Shown: positions 1 to 9,976 of the stretch, piece after piece
Numbering within the stretch: the stretch's first letter is position 1
Layout of the letters: each line of letters opens with the position of its first letter
Source: Terriglobia bacterium
GTDB taxonomy: Bacteria; Acidobacteriota; Terriglobia; 2-12-FULL-54-10
Assembly (NCBI GenBank): GCA_963666975.2
Contig: CAXVYR010000002.1
Location: 256,001 to 320,000, forward strand
Direction of reading: 5' to 3'
Length of the DNA stretch: 64,000 nt
Made by a program: the position numbers and the translations under genes
Notes under the pieces: generated by a model
What the model was told of the DNA's origin: nothing
Database searches by the model: none
What the model saw: the letters and a program-made list of their open reading frames with translations, nothing else

Positions 1-506
1 GCCACCAGCGGCATTGCGGTGAGGGAGCGCACCCGCGCTACCATCTCCAGGCCCACCACCGGGTCCGGCTCCTTCTTGGTCGAGGTGGGAAAAACCGGAC
101 CGATCGCAATGTAATCGACCGGCAGGGAGGCGGCCTCGCGCGCCTGTTCCAGGTTGTGCGTGGAAAACCCGACCACCGCATCCTGCCCCAGAAACAGCCG
201 CGCCTTGTCCGGCGGCAGGTCGTCTTGTCCCAGGTGCACCCCGGCGGCTCCGCACAATTTTGCGACATCCGCCCGGTCATTCACGATCCATTCCCCTCCG
301 AACGCGCCGACCCACCGGGCAAGCGCCGCGCACTGCTCCAAGTGCGCCTTGCGGAACCGTTCTTTGTGGCGATACTGGATTACTTTGACCCCGGCTCGCA
401 AAAGGGGTTCCAGGATCGAGGCGGGGGAAAGTTCCGGACGAATGGAGGTGTCCAGGATAGCGTAGAGCGGAGCGCGAGCTAACAATTCACCGATTGGAAC
501 GCTCAT
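1..506 (-). CDS. thiE: Thiamine-phosphate synthase (3' end outside window)
   Basis: Manual translation of the minus strand from ATG at 506: LYAILD...IVNDRADVAKLCGAAGVHLGQDDL...VGFSTHN...DYIAIGPVFPTSTK, typical ThiE motifs. Not in the ORF track because the frame runs off the window. Confidence 0.92.
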   Translation of the reverse strand, partial: MSVPIGELLARAPLYAILDTSIRPELSPASILEPLLRAGVKVIQYRHKERFRKAHLEQCAALARWVGAFGGEWIVNDRADVAKLCGAAGVHLGQDDLPPDKARLFLGQDAVVGFSTHNLEQAREAASLPVDYIAIGPVFPTSTKKEPDPVVGLEMVARVRSLTAMPLV

Positions 507-603
507 CCTCTGAGTCATCCCTTGTATCATCCCTATGTATCAGCCCTTGCATGAGCCTCTGTTCCGGCTTGGTTTGTGCGGATGCGGGCTGGTCTGCGAA
601 GCG

Positions 604-1968
604 TTACTTTGCCGCCATGGCAGGGCGGTTCTGACAATTCGACAGGAAGCCGACGTGATAGTTCCCCTGGAGGAAGCGCGGATCGGCGAGGATCTTTCGG
701 TGCTTCGGGATGGAGGTTTGGACGCCCTCCACGATGAACATCTCCAGAGCGCAGCTCATGCGGCTGAGGGCCTCTGCTCTGTCCCTCCCGTGCACGACCA
801 GTTTGGCAATCAGAGAATCGTAGTAGGGATGAATGACGCACTCGGAATAGGAGGCGGAATCGACGCGAACGCCTGTTCCTCCGGGCACGTGAAAGGAGGT
901 GATCTGGCCGGCCGAGGGGATAAACGTGACGGGGTCCTCGGCGTTGATGCGGCACTCCATGCTGTGGCCGCGAAGCAGCACGGGCTGGTCGGTGGTAATT
1001 TCCTGAAGCGAAGCTCCGGCTGCCAGCAGAATCTGGCTCTTGACCAGATCAATGCCCGTGACCATCTCCGTTACCGGATGCTCCACCTGAATGCGGGTGT
1101 TCATCTCGATAAAGGAGAGGTCTCCCTTCTCATCCATCAAAAACTCCACCGTGCCGGCGTTCGTGTACCCAATCTGGCCGATGACCTTCTCGACAAGCGC
1201 CCCTATTTCCTGGCGCTTCCGGGGCGTGACCGGAACAGCCGGTGACTCTTCCACAATTTTCTGGTAGCGGCGCTGAATGCTGCACTCTCGTTCGCCCAGG
1301 TGAATGGCCTGCCCGCTGTGATCCGCCAGTACCTGAAACTCGATGTGCCGGGCTCCCGGAATCATCTTCTCCAGATACATTTCGTCGGAATTGAAAACCT
1401 GGAGCGCCTCGCTCCGGGCAGCGAGGAAGGCCGGAACCATCTCCTCCGGCGCATGCGCCACGCGCATCCCGCGGCCTCCGCCGCCGGCCGCCGCCTTAAT
1501 CAAAACCGGGTAGCCGATCGCGGAGCCCCACTCTTTAGCCTCTTCCGCGCTGTAGACCAACCCTTCGGAACCGGCCAGCACCGGCAGCCCCGCATCCTTC
1601 ATCGCTTGCCGGGCTCTGCTCTTATCTCCCATCAGTTGAATCAGTTCCGAACGGGGGCCGATGAACGTAATATCGGAAGTCTCACACACCTCGGCGAAGT
1701 TGGCGTCCTCGGACAAAAACCCATAGCCCGGATGGATGGCGTCCGCGTCGGTGATGGCCGCGGCGCTGATCACGGCGGGAATGTTCATGTAACTGGCCCC
1801 AGGCCGCGCCGGTCCGATGCAGATTGCCTCGTCGGCAAAGCGCACATGCAGCGAGTACAGGTCCGCTTCCGAATAAACGGCCACGGTCCGTATCCCCAGC
1901 TCTTTGCAAGCGGTGATCACCCGCAGCGCGATCTCTCCTCGGTTGGCAATCAGTATCTTTTTGAACAT
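604..1968 (-). CDS. accC: Acetyl-CoA carboxylase biotin carboxylase subunit
   Basis: MFKKILIANRGEIA, IHPGYGFLSE, GGGGRGM, EMNTRIQVEHPVTE motifs. Confidence 0.97.
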   Translation of the reverse strand: MFKKILIANRGEIALRVITACKELGIRTVAVYSEADLYSLHVRFADEAICIGPARPGASYMNIPAVISAAAITDADAIHPGYGFLSEDANFAEVCETSDITFIGPRSELIQLMGDKSRARQAMKDAGLPVLAGSEGLVYSAEEAKEWGSAIGYPVLIKAAAGGGGRGMRVAHAPEEMVPAFLAARSEALQVFNSDEMYLEKMIPGARHIEFQVLADHSGQAIHLGERECSIQRRYQKIVEESPAVPVTPRKRQEIGALVEKVIGQIGYTNAGTVEFLMDEKGDLSFIEMNTRIQVEHPVTEMVTGIDLVKSQILLAAGASLQEITTDQPVLLRGHSMECRINAEDPVTFIPSAGQITSFHVPGGTGVRVDSASYSECVIHPYYDSLIAKLVVHGRDRAEALSRMSCALEMFIVEGVQTSIPKHRKILADPRFLQGNYHVGFLSNCQNRPAMAAK

Positions 1969-2004
1969 AAAGGCAGACGGGAAGCGCCGGAGAGCAAAGC
2001 GGCG

Positions 2005-2523
2005 TCAGTCTCCTCCTTGGGAGGAAACCGAGGGGCGCAGATCGAAAAGCGGCTCACCATACTCTACCGGCTGCCCGTTCTCGACGTAGCATTTCACGAC
2101 CTTGCCCGTGATTTCCGCCTCGATTTCATTCATCAACTTCATGGCCTCTATAATGCAAAGCACCTGCCCGGGCTGTACATCATCTCCCACCTCCACGAAT
2201 GCAGGGGCATCCTGGCCCGGCGAGGAGTAAAAGGTTCCGACCATCGGAGACCGCACAACGTGCAGCGCTTCCGGACGGCCCGAAATGCCGGTTCCAGCCT
2301 CGGCTGTATACACGCCTGCTTGCTCGGAGCCGGACGGCTGAACACCTGCCACCCTCACTCCGGCGTGCCGCGCTAATTCCGCTTGCTCAGCCAAAGCCTC
2401 TGCCGGAGAAGACCCGGTATTTCTGCTGATCCTCAGCCGGACTCCGGAGCGCTCCAGCTCGAACTCGGAAATCCCCTTTTCCGTTATCAGGTCAACGAGT
2501 TCTCTGATCTCTTTTAGATTCAT
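2005..2523 (-). CDS. accB: Biotin carboxyl carrier protein
   Basis: SPMVGTFY and [11 protein letters not shown] biotinylation motif; adjacent to accC. Confidence 0.97.
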   Translation of the reverse strand: MNLKEIRELVDLITEKGISEFELERSGVRLRISRNTGSSPAEALAEQAELARHAGVRVAGVQPSGSEQAGVYTAEAGTGISGRPEALHVVRSPMVGTFYSSPGQDAPAFVEVGDDVQPGQVLCIIEAMKLMNEIEAEITGKVVKCYVENGQPVEYGEPLFDLRPSVSSQGGD

Positions 2524-2580
2524 CTACGGAGTGGGGTTCCGATCCTTTCCGGTGCTGCTCTCGCCCCGGCCTTTCAGCCG

Positions 2581-3672
2581 CTAAAGCACCGTCAGTTCTT
2601 TGGGTGTTGTCGTCAGCACTTCCGGGCCTCGTTTCCGAACCACCACCACATCCTCGATTCGGACGCCGCCATAGCCGGGAATATAAACACCCGGCTCAAC
2701 CGTCACCACGGCATTTTCCGGCAGCAGGGCCTCCTGACTTCTGGCCAAGCTAGGCAGTTCGTGAATCTCTCTGCCTACCCCGTGACCGGTGCTGTGAGTA
2801 AAATACCGGCCATACCCGTGACGATCCAGCACCCTGCGGGCGGCTTTGTCCACGGCAGAACACGGGACCCCAACCTGAACGGCTTGCTCGGCCTCCTTCT
2901 GCGCTTCGAGCACGGCCTCATAAATCCGTGCAGCTTTCCGGGGAGCCTGACCCAGGAAAACCGTCCGCGTCATGTCGCCCGCGTAGCCGCCAAGTATAGC
3001 ACCCAAATCCAGCATAACGCATTCATTTCGCCGAAGCTTGCGGGTCCCCGGAGACGAATGCGGCAGGGCCGTGCGGGGCCCCGCGGCTACGATCGTTTCA
3101 AATGCAGGCCGCTCCGCGCCGTTGCGCCGCATCCGGTACTCAATTTCGGCAGCCACCTCAATCTCCGTTATCCCCGGACGCAGGTGGGCAATCGTCTCGG
3201 AGAACGCCTTGGAACCCAGGTGGACGGCCTTTCGGATTTGCTCAATCTCGGCCTCATCTTTTTGAATGCGGCACGATTCCACCATTCCAGAGGTTGGGAC
3301 AAGCCTTTTATCTACAATTAATTGACGGATTCTCTGGTAGGAGCCGAAAGAAACTGAATCGCTCTCAAAACCCAAGCGGGCCTGTTTGGTTCTGGAGGCC
3401 CATTTCAAGGCAGTCAGAAAGTTTCCTCCCTTGGTAATCACCACTCGGGAGCCTTGGACTTCCTGGTGGGCACGCAAGTCGTACCGGGCGTCAGTGAAAA
3501 AGACGGAGCTGCGGAGGGTTACCAGAAGCACTCCTGCAGTTCCCGAAAAGCCGGTCAGATAGTGGACATTCGGCAGGGAACCCACCAGCAGCGCTTCGAT
3601 TTTCTCCTGCGCCATGCGCTCCCGGAGCTTTCTCAAACGCCGGAGAGGAGGGGAGAGTGGCTCCTTTTTCAT
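2581..3672 (-). CDS. Xaa-Pro aminopeptidase/dipeptidase (M24)
   Basis: Creatinase-like N-terminus (YLTGFSG, FTDARY); HSTGHGVGREIHE, TVEPGVY, GVRIED motifs. Confidence 0.93.
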   Translation of the reverse strand: MKKEPLSPPLRRLRKLRERMAQEKIEALLVGSLPNVHYLTGFSGTAGVLLVTLRSSVFFTDARYDLRAHQEVQGSRVVITKGGNFLTALKWASRTKQARLGFESDSVSFGSYQRIRQLIVDKRLVPTSGMVESCRIQKDEAEIEQIRKAVHLGSKAFSETIAHLRPGITEIEVAAEIEYRMRRNGAERPAFETIVAAGPRTALPHSSPGTRKLRRNECVMLDLGAILGGYAGDMTRTVFLGQAPRKAARIYEAVLEAQKEAEQAVQVGVPCSAVDKAARRVLDRHGYGRYFTHSTGHGVGREIHELPSLARSQEALLPENAVVTVEPGVYIPGYGGVRIEDVVVVRKRGPEVLTTTPKELTVL

Positions 3673-3779
3673 AGTTCATGCCGGGGCTGTTTGTTGTCTC
3701 GCGCTGCCTGTGCATCCGGTGAAAAGTACAAAGACTCCCCGCATGGGGAATCTTTGCAGTGGATTGGCGGTGCAGTGAC

Positions 3780-6587
3780 CTACAACTGTACAATCTTGGG
3801 AGTGATAAAGAACAACAACTCGTTGGTGGTTGAGTCGGTGGATTTCCGCTTGAACAGGTTCCCGATGAGGGGGATGCTGCCGAGCAACGGAACCTGCACT
3901 TCCGTCAAGTTGTTGATGTTCTGGATAACGCCGCCGAAGAAAACCGTTCCCCCGTTGCTGACCAGCACCTGCGTGGTGGCCGACTGGGTATCGAGCGCCG
4001 GAATGCCCTGGATTCGGGCAATGCCGGGGTCGATGGTGGTGTTTTCGATATCTATATCCAGGAAGACGGTGCCCTCAGCGGTGATCTGTGGCAAGACCGT
4101 CAGCCGCAGCACCACATCCACAAACTGCACGCTGACGGTGTTGTTCACAGTCGTCTGGATGGGAATGCGCACCCCTTGCTTCACGGTGGCTTCGACGTTG
4201 TTCTGGGTAATCAGCTTGGGCCGGGAAAGCAGCTTGCCGATCCCTTTGGCCTCGGCCGCCGTGATGATGGCATCGATCGCGAAGTTGGGGTTCAGGCCCG
4301 GGCCGGTGAGCAAGAAGGTCAGACCGCTGGTGGCGCCAACGGCTCCCAAGTTCGTTGCCAAGGGTTGCGCCACGTTGGCAAACGTTGGCGGCTCCCCAGG
4401 TGCCGGAGGTTCGGGAGGACTCCCGATAAACAGGGGCGGCACCGTACCCCGATTGATGGGACTGGTGCCGACCAATCCGGTGCCTCCCAGGGTTACATTC
4501 CCGGAGAATCCGGAGGCGGCCAACTGCACTCCAATATCCCTGGCAAAGGAGCGGCTGGCAGCCACTACCCTGGCTTCAATCTCCACCTGCTGGGTTTTCC
4601 GGTCCAGGGTTTGGATGAGAGGGTCCATCTGGTTTACGACAGCCTGAATATCAGTAATGATCAGGGTGTTTGTGCGGAGGTCGGCGATCACATCGCCGCG
4701 CGGCGAGAGAAACCGCTTTAGAGTCGCGATCATGTCGTTGGCACGAGCGTAGCTGAGAGTACGCGTCACAGTAACCTTCGGCTCAGCCTCTTCGATTGCC
4801 CGGGCCAAGTCTCTCTGCTGTTCCTCCTCCCGCTGGAGAGTGGCGAGGGTGGCGATCCGCACGACGTTGCCTTCCACCCTACTGTCGAGCGAATTGTTCT
4901 TCATGACAATGTCCATAGCTTGGTCCCAGGGAACCTCGTCGAGGACTATCGTCACAACGCCGCTCACGGCGGGGTCCAGCACGACATTAAAGCCGCTGAT
5001 TTCATGCATAAACCGGAAAAAGTCTTTTAGGTCCACGTCTTTCAAATTCATTGAAATGGGCTCGCCATCATAGCCTGAGGGAGCGGCGGCCTGCCCGGCC
5101 TGCTGCATGGCTGCAAGTGGCGCTAGCGCAGCCATCGCATAGGAGTTGGTTTGTTGCGCCAGCAAAACTTCCGGCTCAGGCTCGGCGGCAACTTCATTGA
5201 AAGCCGGGATGGTTTCCGGGAGGACTTGCCCGGCAGTATCTGCCTTGTCAGAAGCAATTTCTTCTTCTTCGGAAGCTGTCGCGAACTGCCCGGTTTCAGG
5301 AACATCAATAACTTCCGGCAACTTCGTTACCAAGTCAGGGGTTGCCGTGTCAGAAACCGTTTCCACTGCGGCTATCTCGTCCGCAGCCATCTTCTCCGCC
5401 TCAAGGGGCTCTGCCATAATCTCCGGCAAGGGCGGGACAGGCACTTCCGATGAGTTGGAAGCAATCTGAATCGTTTCCTCCGACACAGACTGAGCCAAGG
5501 GGGGCAGCGAAGAGGCTTCTTCAGCGTTGTCTGATGCCAGCGATTCGGTTTCCGGAAATTCCAGAGCTTCTTTGCTCTCTATTGGGCTCTCTATTGGGCT
5601 CCCTGCTGTACCCCATGGTTCCGGGTTCAGTTGTTCCGGAGCGTCGTATGCGTCGTATGCTACTGCAGCCAGCTCGGCCGGTTCCCCTGTGGCCGTCCCA
5701 TTGGATGCATTGCCGTTCTCTTCCACGTGATCTCCGAACAACACCAGCAAAGAATTGGACTGCGACTGGACGCGGAAAGAAGTGTGTCTATCCAGATCAA
5801 AAACCACTCTGGAAACTAACGGATTACGGCTAAACTGTGCGGTCCGAACAGCCTTCAGGGGAGGCCTGTTTACGGGCAGGCTCCTCTGTTGCATTCGGTT
5901 TATTGTATTGGGAATGTCCAGCACCAATCGGGCCGGATTGTCCAGTTTGAGGGTCCGATATTCCAAAGCGCCGTCGGAAATGATCTCCACCGCCAGCGAG
6001 TCTCCCTCGGGCCGAATCACGGAAACCTCCCGGATTACCGTCCCTGGATGAGACGGTGGATGAGAGGCCTCGGCCGGAACGCCGGCAGAAATCGGAACCT
6101 CGGCGGAGACCGAAACGTCGGCAAAATCCTCCTGAAACCGGATTTCGAGCCCTCCGGGAACCTCATCATAGCGGATTTCCGATTCCTGTTTCAGGAGAAT
6201 CTCCATGCGCAGATGGGACTTGCCATCGGCCGCTTCATAGTTGAGCAGGCGGTAACTGCTGACCAATGGAGACCTCATCAACTGGCTTTCCGAGGGGCGG
6301 TCCGTGGATACACCGGCCAAGTCCAGCACGAACAGATGGGAGCCGATCCGGGACGGGGTATACTCCGCCGACGGAGGCAGTTGGAGCAGGAAGGTGGTGC
6401 CTTGCCGGTCTACGGTCGTGCGCAAGCCCAGCAGCTCGGTTGTGGCCGCCAAGGCCAGGGTAGCTGTCAGGAGCCAGCCCAGAATACAAAACATTCCTTC
6501 GCGTCTCCACCTCATGGATTTCATCCCTCCGTTAAAAACTTTACCCATCTTCGGTTCCCTTCTTCGCTTCCCTGCCCTAAATTTCAA
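3780..6587 (-). CDS. pilQ: Type IV pilus secretin with AMIN domains and long acidic linker (true start may be somewhat downstream)
   Basis: RLVLDIP AMIN-type segment, ISMNLKDVDLKD...VPWDQA, QVEIEARVV, VPLLGSIPLIGNLFK, ELLFFITPKI; last gene of pilMNOP. Confidence 0.93.
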   Translation of the reverse strand: MKFRAGKRRREPKMGKVFNGGMKSMRWRREGMFCILGWLLTATLALAATTELLGLRTTVDRQGTTFLLQLPPSAEYTPSRIGSHLFVLDLAGVSTDRPSESQLMRSPLVSSYRLLNYEAADGKSHLRMEILLKQESEIRYDEVPGGLEIRFQEDFADVSVSAEVPISAGVPAEASHPPSHPGTVIREVSVIRPEGDSLAVEIISDGALEYRTLKLDNPARLVLDIPNTINRMQQRSLPVNRPPLKAVRTAQFSRNPLVSRVVFDLDRHTSFRVQSQSNSLLVLFGDHVEENGNASNGTATGEPAELAAVAYDAYDAPEQLNPEPWGTAGSPIESPIESKEALEFPETESLASDNAEEASSLPPLAQSVSEETIQIASNSSEVPVPPLPEIMAEPLEAEKMAADEIAAVETVSDTATPDLVTKLPEVIDVPETGQFATASEEEEIASDKADTAGQVLPETIPAFNEVAAEPEPEVLLAQQTNSYAMAALAPLAAMQQAGQAAAPSGYDGEPISMNLKDVDLKDFFRFMHEISGFNVVLDPAVSGVVTIVLDEVPWDQAMDIVMKNNSLDSRVEGNVVRIATLATLQREEEQQRDLARAIEEAEPKVTVTRTLSYARANDMIATLKRFLSPRGDVIADLRTNTLIITDIQAVVNQMDPLIQTLDRKTQQVEIEARVVAASRSFARDIGVQLAASGFSGNVTLGGTGLVGTSPINRGTVPPLFIGSPPEPPAPGEPPTFANVAQPLATNLGAVGATSGLTFLLTGPGLNPNFAIDAIITAAEAKGIGKLLSRPKLITQNNVEATVKQGVRIPIQTTVNNTVSVQFVDVVLRLTVLPQITAEGTVFLDIDIENTTIDPGIARIQGIPALDTQSATTQVLVSNGGTVFFGGVIQNINNLTEVQVPLLGSIPLIGNLFKRKSTDSTTNELLFFITPKIVQL

Positions 6588-7072
6588 TCTTCCGGCAGCC
6601 GCTTGACGACTTCCCTGGTGACCTTTTGACCGCGCGCATCGGTCGTCTCTTCCATAAACACAACGCGGTCCGGGCTGATCCTGGATACCTTGCCGTTACA
6701 CAGCTCATCCTCTGCGCGCAAGAAATAAGCGATGTTCGTGTTATTGTCCACCACCGCGATCCATGTGCCGTCAACACTGCTGGCGATCCCCTGCAACTGC
6801 AACTGCCCGATCAGCAACTTAGTTTTGCCCGCTCTTTTGGCGCATGCCAAACTGGGATCGACTTCTGTATCCCCGTCTACAATCAGGGTACGGAACGGAT
6901 CCCGTCTTTGGCTCACCCCGGAAGACTGGCTGGCGGCAGTGGCGTTCTCCTGCTGTGTTTCAGCGGAAGAACTTGCTTCTTCCTCAGAACTCTGAGCCGC
7001 TTCCTGGGATACGGCCGGAGGCACAACAAGAATGGCTGCCAGAACCGCTCCGAACAATACGCCGGTCTTCAT
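6584..7072 (-). CDS. pilP: Type IV pilus assembly protein, PilP-like
   Basis: Start reassigned to ATG 7072 (MKTGVLFG) after GAGGA; signal-like N-terminus; RRDPF motif; lies between pilO and pilQ. Confidence 0.8.
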   Translation of the reverse strand: MKTGVLFGAVLAAILVVPPAVSQEAAQSSEEEASSSAETQQENATAASQSSGVSQRRDPFRTLIVDGDTEVDPSLACAKRAGKTKLLIGQLQLQGIASSVDGTWIAVVDNNTNIAYFLRAEDELCNGKVSRISPDRVVFMEETTDARGQKVTREVVKRLPED

Positions 7073-7103
7073 ATTTCCTCTTTCCTCACCCTGATTGCGC
7101 TGG

Positions 7104-7757
7104 CTACTGCGCCGGCTGCCCGGCTTCGGGCGAAGGAGCCGTTTCTCCTTCCGTGCTAAAGAAAGTAGTGGTCGTGCAAACAGCCACCACGGTCTCATTC
7201 GGACTGTACGCGTACTGCCTGTTCCCCACCGACCTTCCCGCCTCAATGCTGCCCAGCTTCAAATCCGACACGTTGATGATGCGGGTCAACCCTTCCAGCT
7301 TTTGATAAAACTCCAGAACTCTATAGTACGGGCCGTCCAGCTCCATCTCGAAAGGAACCTCGACGTGAAATTCATCCGGAATCGGCTGCTGCCGCGTGAA
7401 CCGGCGAACCACGACTCCCGAAACGTTGGCTTGCGCTTGAATCTGCCGCATGAAATTATCGATTTCTTTTTCGTCCGGCACGATGGTGAGCAGAGTCTGG
7501 AGTTGTTGCTGCAGTTGCTGGTTCTGCGCCTCCAGGGCTTCCAACTGGCCTTCCAAAGGCCGCAGGGGAGCGATCCGTGCCTCCAATTCAGCGCTCTGCT
7601 GTCTTTTAGCTGTATTGCTGTCGCGCACCCGGCTCAGCGACGGGACGGGTTCTGACATCGGATTGTACTCGAATGCAAGCCACAAAAGCACACCCACCCC
7701 CAGAATCAAGCCGACCTGGGCCCGGGTGGACATTTCGCTGAATTTCGGCAGTGCCAT
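7104..7757 (-). CDS. pilO: Type IV pilus assembly protein PilO
   Basis: N-terminal TM, coiled coil, VPDEKEID, GPY...F...LTRIINVSDL; operon position. Confidence 0.9.
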   Translation of the reverse strand: MALPKFSEMSTRAQVGLILGVGVLLWLAFEYNPMSEPVPSLSRVRDSNTAKRQQSAELEARIAPLRPLEGQLEALEAQNQQLQQQLQTLLTIVPDEKEIDNFMRQIQAQANVSGVVVRRFTRQQPIPDEFHVEVPFEMELDGPYYRVLEFYQKLEGLTRIINVSDLKLGSIEAGRSVGNRQYAYSPNETVVAVCTTTTFFSTEGETAPSPEAGQPAQ

Positions 7758-7769
7758 CGGTTTCCTCTT

Positions 7770-8351
7770 TTAGGTAGCGGGAGCCTCAGCCGCCAGTTCC
7801 GCAGTGAACCGGAAAATCACGTTCTTCACCTCTTTGGCAGCGCTATCCTCGTACGCCTCTTCCATTTCCACATTCGAAAATGCCTGACTGTTCTTCAACT
7901 CAGTCAAGAAATTCGCCACGGCCGGCATATTCAAGGCAATCCCCTGGATGGAGATGTTTTGTCCGGTCTGGTCAAAGCCGGTCAGCCACAGCGACTCCGT
8001 GTTGGAAACGGTTGTCGCAAGCATGGTCAGCAACGTCGCCGGGCCGGACCGCCGCTCCTCGAGCCCGTTGATAATCGCGATGCGCCTTTCCAGGTGGTCC
8101 CTGCGCGCGATGTTCGTATCATATCTGGCGCGAATAGCCGCCAAACGTTGCTCTTCCTCCGTCAACTCCTGTATCTGTTCATCCAAGACTACCCCTTCGG
8201 CTAGCAGGCCGGAGTAGCGCCAGTACTGCACCCCCAGCACCAGCAGCAGCACAACGGCGAAAAGGATCATGATGGGCGTTCCCTCCAGCGTTATGACCGG
8301 AGCGCCTCTTTTGACTTTCCTCGGTAATCCCAGCAGGTTGACACGAATCAT
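7770..8351 (-). CDS. pilN: Type IV pilus assembly protein PilN
   Basis: MIRVNLL N-terminal motif, TM, coiled coil, LWLT...IQGIA. Confidence 0.92.
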   Translation of the reverse strand: MIRVNLLGLPRKVKRGAPVITLEGTPIMILFAVVLLLVLGVQYWRYSGLLAEGVVLDEQIQELTEEEQRLAAIRARYDTNIARRDHLERRIAIINGLEERRSGPATLLTMLATTVSNTESLWLTGFDQTGQNISIQGIALNMPAVANFLTELKNSQAFSNVEMEEAYEDSAAKEVKNVIFRFTAELAAEAPAT

Positions 8352-9406
8352 ATGTTTTCAAAACTCCTCAATGCCAATCCGACCGCCACCGCCAAGCGGG
8401 GTGCGTTTTCCGACACGATCGCTCCCGCCGCGCTGGTTTCATCGTAGCCGATTTGCCGGAACGGGTTGAGCTCTTCCACCGGTAGGGAAAACTCCTGCTT
8501 CAGCAAATCGACCAAGCCGTACACCTTGGCCGAGCCGCCGGCAATATAGAGCTTCTGGAGGTGCTCGCCGCCGGCTGTCGCGCGGAAGAAGTCGAAGGTT
8601 TTTTGCATCTCCAAGGCAATAATCTCGGAGACTGACTGCAACACCGGGATGCGGGCCTCCTCGCTGATTCCGGCCACCGAGCCTCCCATCTTCACCTGCT
8701 CGGCTTCCTCGAATCCAAGGTCCAGCTCCTTTTGCAAAGAATCGGTGTATTGATTGCCGCCCACCGACACATCGCGGGTGAACAGAGGGGTTCGCCCTCG
8801 CACGATATTGATGTTCATGACGCTGCCGCCCAGGTTCAGCAGGGCGATGGTGGCGTCGGCCGCGGGATCGTAGTTGTATTCGTAGACGTTCTGCAAAGCA
8901 AACGCGTCGATGTCCACCACGGCGGGCGTTTTTCCGGCCATCGTCAAGACATTGGTGTAGTTGAGAATCTTGTCCTTCTTCACCGCCACCAGCAGCACTT
9001 CCATCACGGAACTCTCCGGGTCGGACTCCAGAATCTGGTAGTCCAGGTTCACTTCCGCGATGTCAAAAGGAATGTGCTGCGCCGCCTCCATCTGGATGGC
9101 CTCATTCAGTTCTTCGTCGGTCATCGGCTCCAGCGACAGCTTTTTCACAATGACGGAATGACCCGACACCGAGGTGGCCACATCCCGGGTCTTAATCTTG
9201 TTATCCGCAAAGATCTTGGCGATGGTGTTGGAGACCGCGTTGGTATCTACGATAGCCCCGTCCACCACAATCTCCGGGTCCAGACTCTCCATGCTGAGCT
9301 TGCTGACCTCCAGCCCTTTGCCGACCCGTTTCAGCTCGACGGCCTTGATCGAACTGGAACCAATGTCCACTCCGACTAATTGTTTGCCTCTGCCAAAACC
9401 TAGCAT
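8348..9406 (-). CDS. pilM: Type IV pilus assembly protein PilM
   Basis: VGVDIGSSSIKAVEL actin-like motif, HIPFDIAEVNLDYQ, AVAVGLALR. Confidence 0.96.
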   Translation of the reverse strand: MLGFGRGKQLVGVDIGSSSIKAVELKRVGKGLEVSKLSMESLDPEIVVDGAIVDTNAVSNTIAKIFADNKIKTRDVATSVSGHSVIVKKLSLEPMTDEELNEAIQMEAAQHIPFDIAEVNLDYQILESDPESSVMEVLLVAVKKDKILNYTNVLTMAGKTPAVVDIDAFALQNVYEYNYDPAADATIALLNLGGSVMNINIVRGRTPLFTRDVSVGGNQYTDSLQKELDLGFEEAEQVKMGGSVAGISEEARIPVLQSVSEIIALEMQKTFDFFRATAGGEHLQKLYIAGGSAKVYGLVDLLKQEFSLPVEELNPFRQIGYDETSAAGAIVSENAPRLAVAVGLALRSFENI

Positions 9407-9426
9407 CCACGTCCCCCCTAAAAAAC

Positions 9427-9717
9427 CTATACCCGCCGCGCCGATGCGGCTTTCAGCCGGCCCTTCGTATCTTCAGACTGGCTTTGCCGCTCCATCCACC
9501 GGTCCAGTGTAGTCTTCTTAAAGCGCCAGCGGTTGCCCAGCTTAAAAGCAGGAACTTTCGCCGCCGAGAGGTACTTGTACAAAGTATCCGGAGAGATGCC
9601 GAGATACTGGGAAGCCTGGCGGATATTCATCACTTCGCGTGGGTCAAGCATAGAATCAGCATCTCCCTTGGTTTCTGCTATGACTGCTGTTCGCAACGTC
9701 TCAATCTTTACCGTCAC
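9427..9717 (-). CDS. Excisionase-type (HTH_17/MerR-like) DNA-binding protein
   Basis: VMNIRQASQYLGISPDTLYKY...VPAFKLGNRWRFKKTTLDRWM. Confidence 0.85.
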   Translation of the reverse strand: MTVKIETLRTAVIAETKGDADSMLDPREVMNIRQASQYLGISPDTLYKYLSAAKVPAFKLGNRWRFKKTTLDRWMERQSQSEDTKGRLKAASARRV

Positions 9718-9976
9718 TCAAATTCAACTAAATTTCAGATGCTTTCCAATTCAGACTTCCAGGGTTAGATAGCCATTTTTCTTTAGGCTCGTCAAGTCGA
9801 TTCTGGGTAGTTCATATCTCCAAGGCAGGCTTTTACCCGTGAGTTCTCGCCACCTCCTCCATAGAAGTGCTAAATCTTGAGTGTTTTAGCGGGTTGACCC
9901 CTATGTACGTCGTCAGATAATGTTGGACACAGAGCATAAAAAGATAAGGTGGCGTTCAGGCTCCTCTGGGTTGATG

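Noticed and set aside
5575-5660. Short repeats in the pilQ linker (SPIESPIES, AYDAYDA)
   Set aside because: In-frame two-copy micro-duplications in a low-complexity linker; no sign of phase variation
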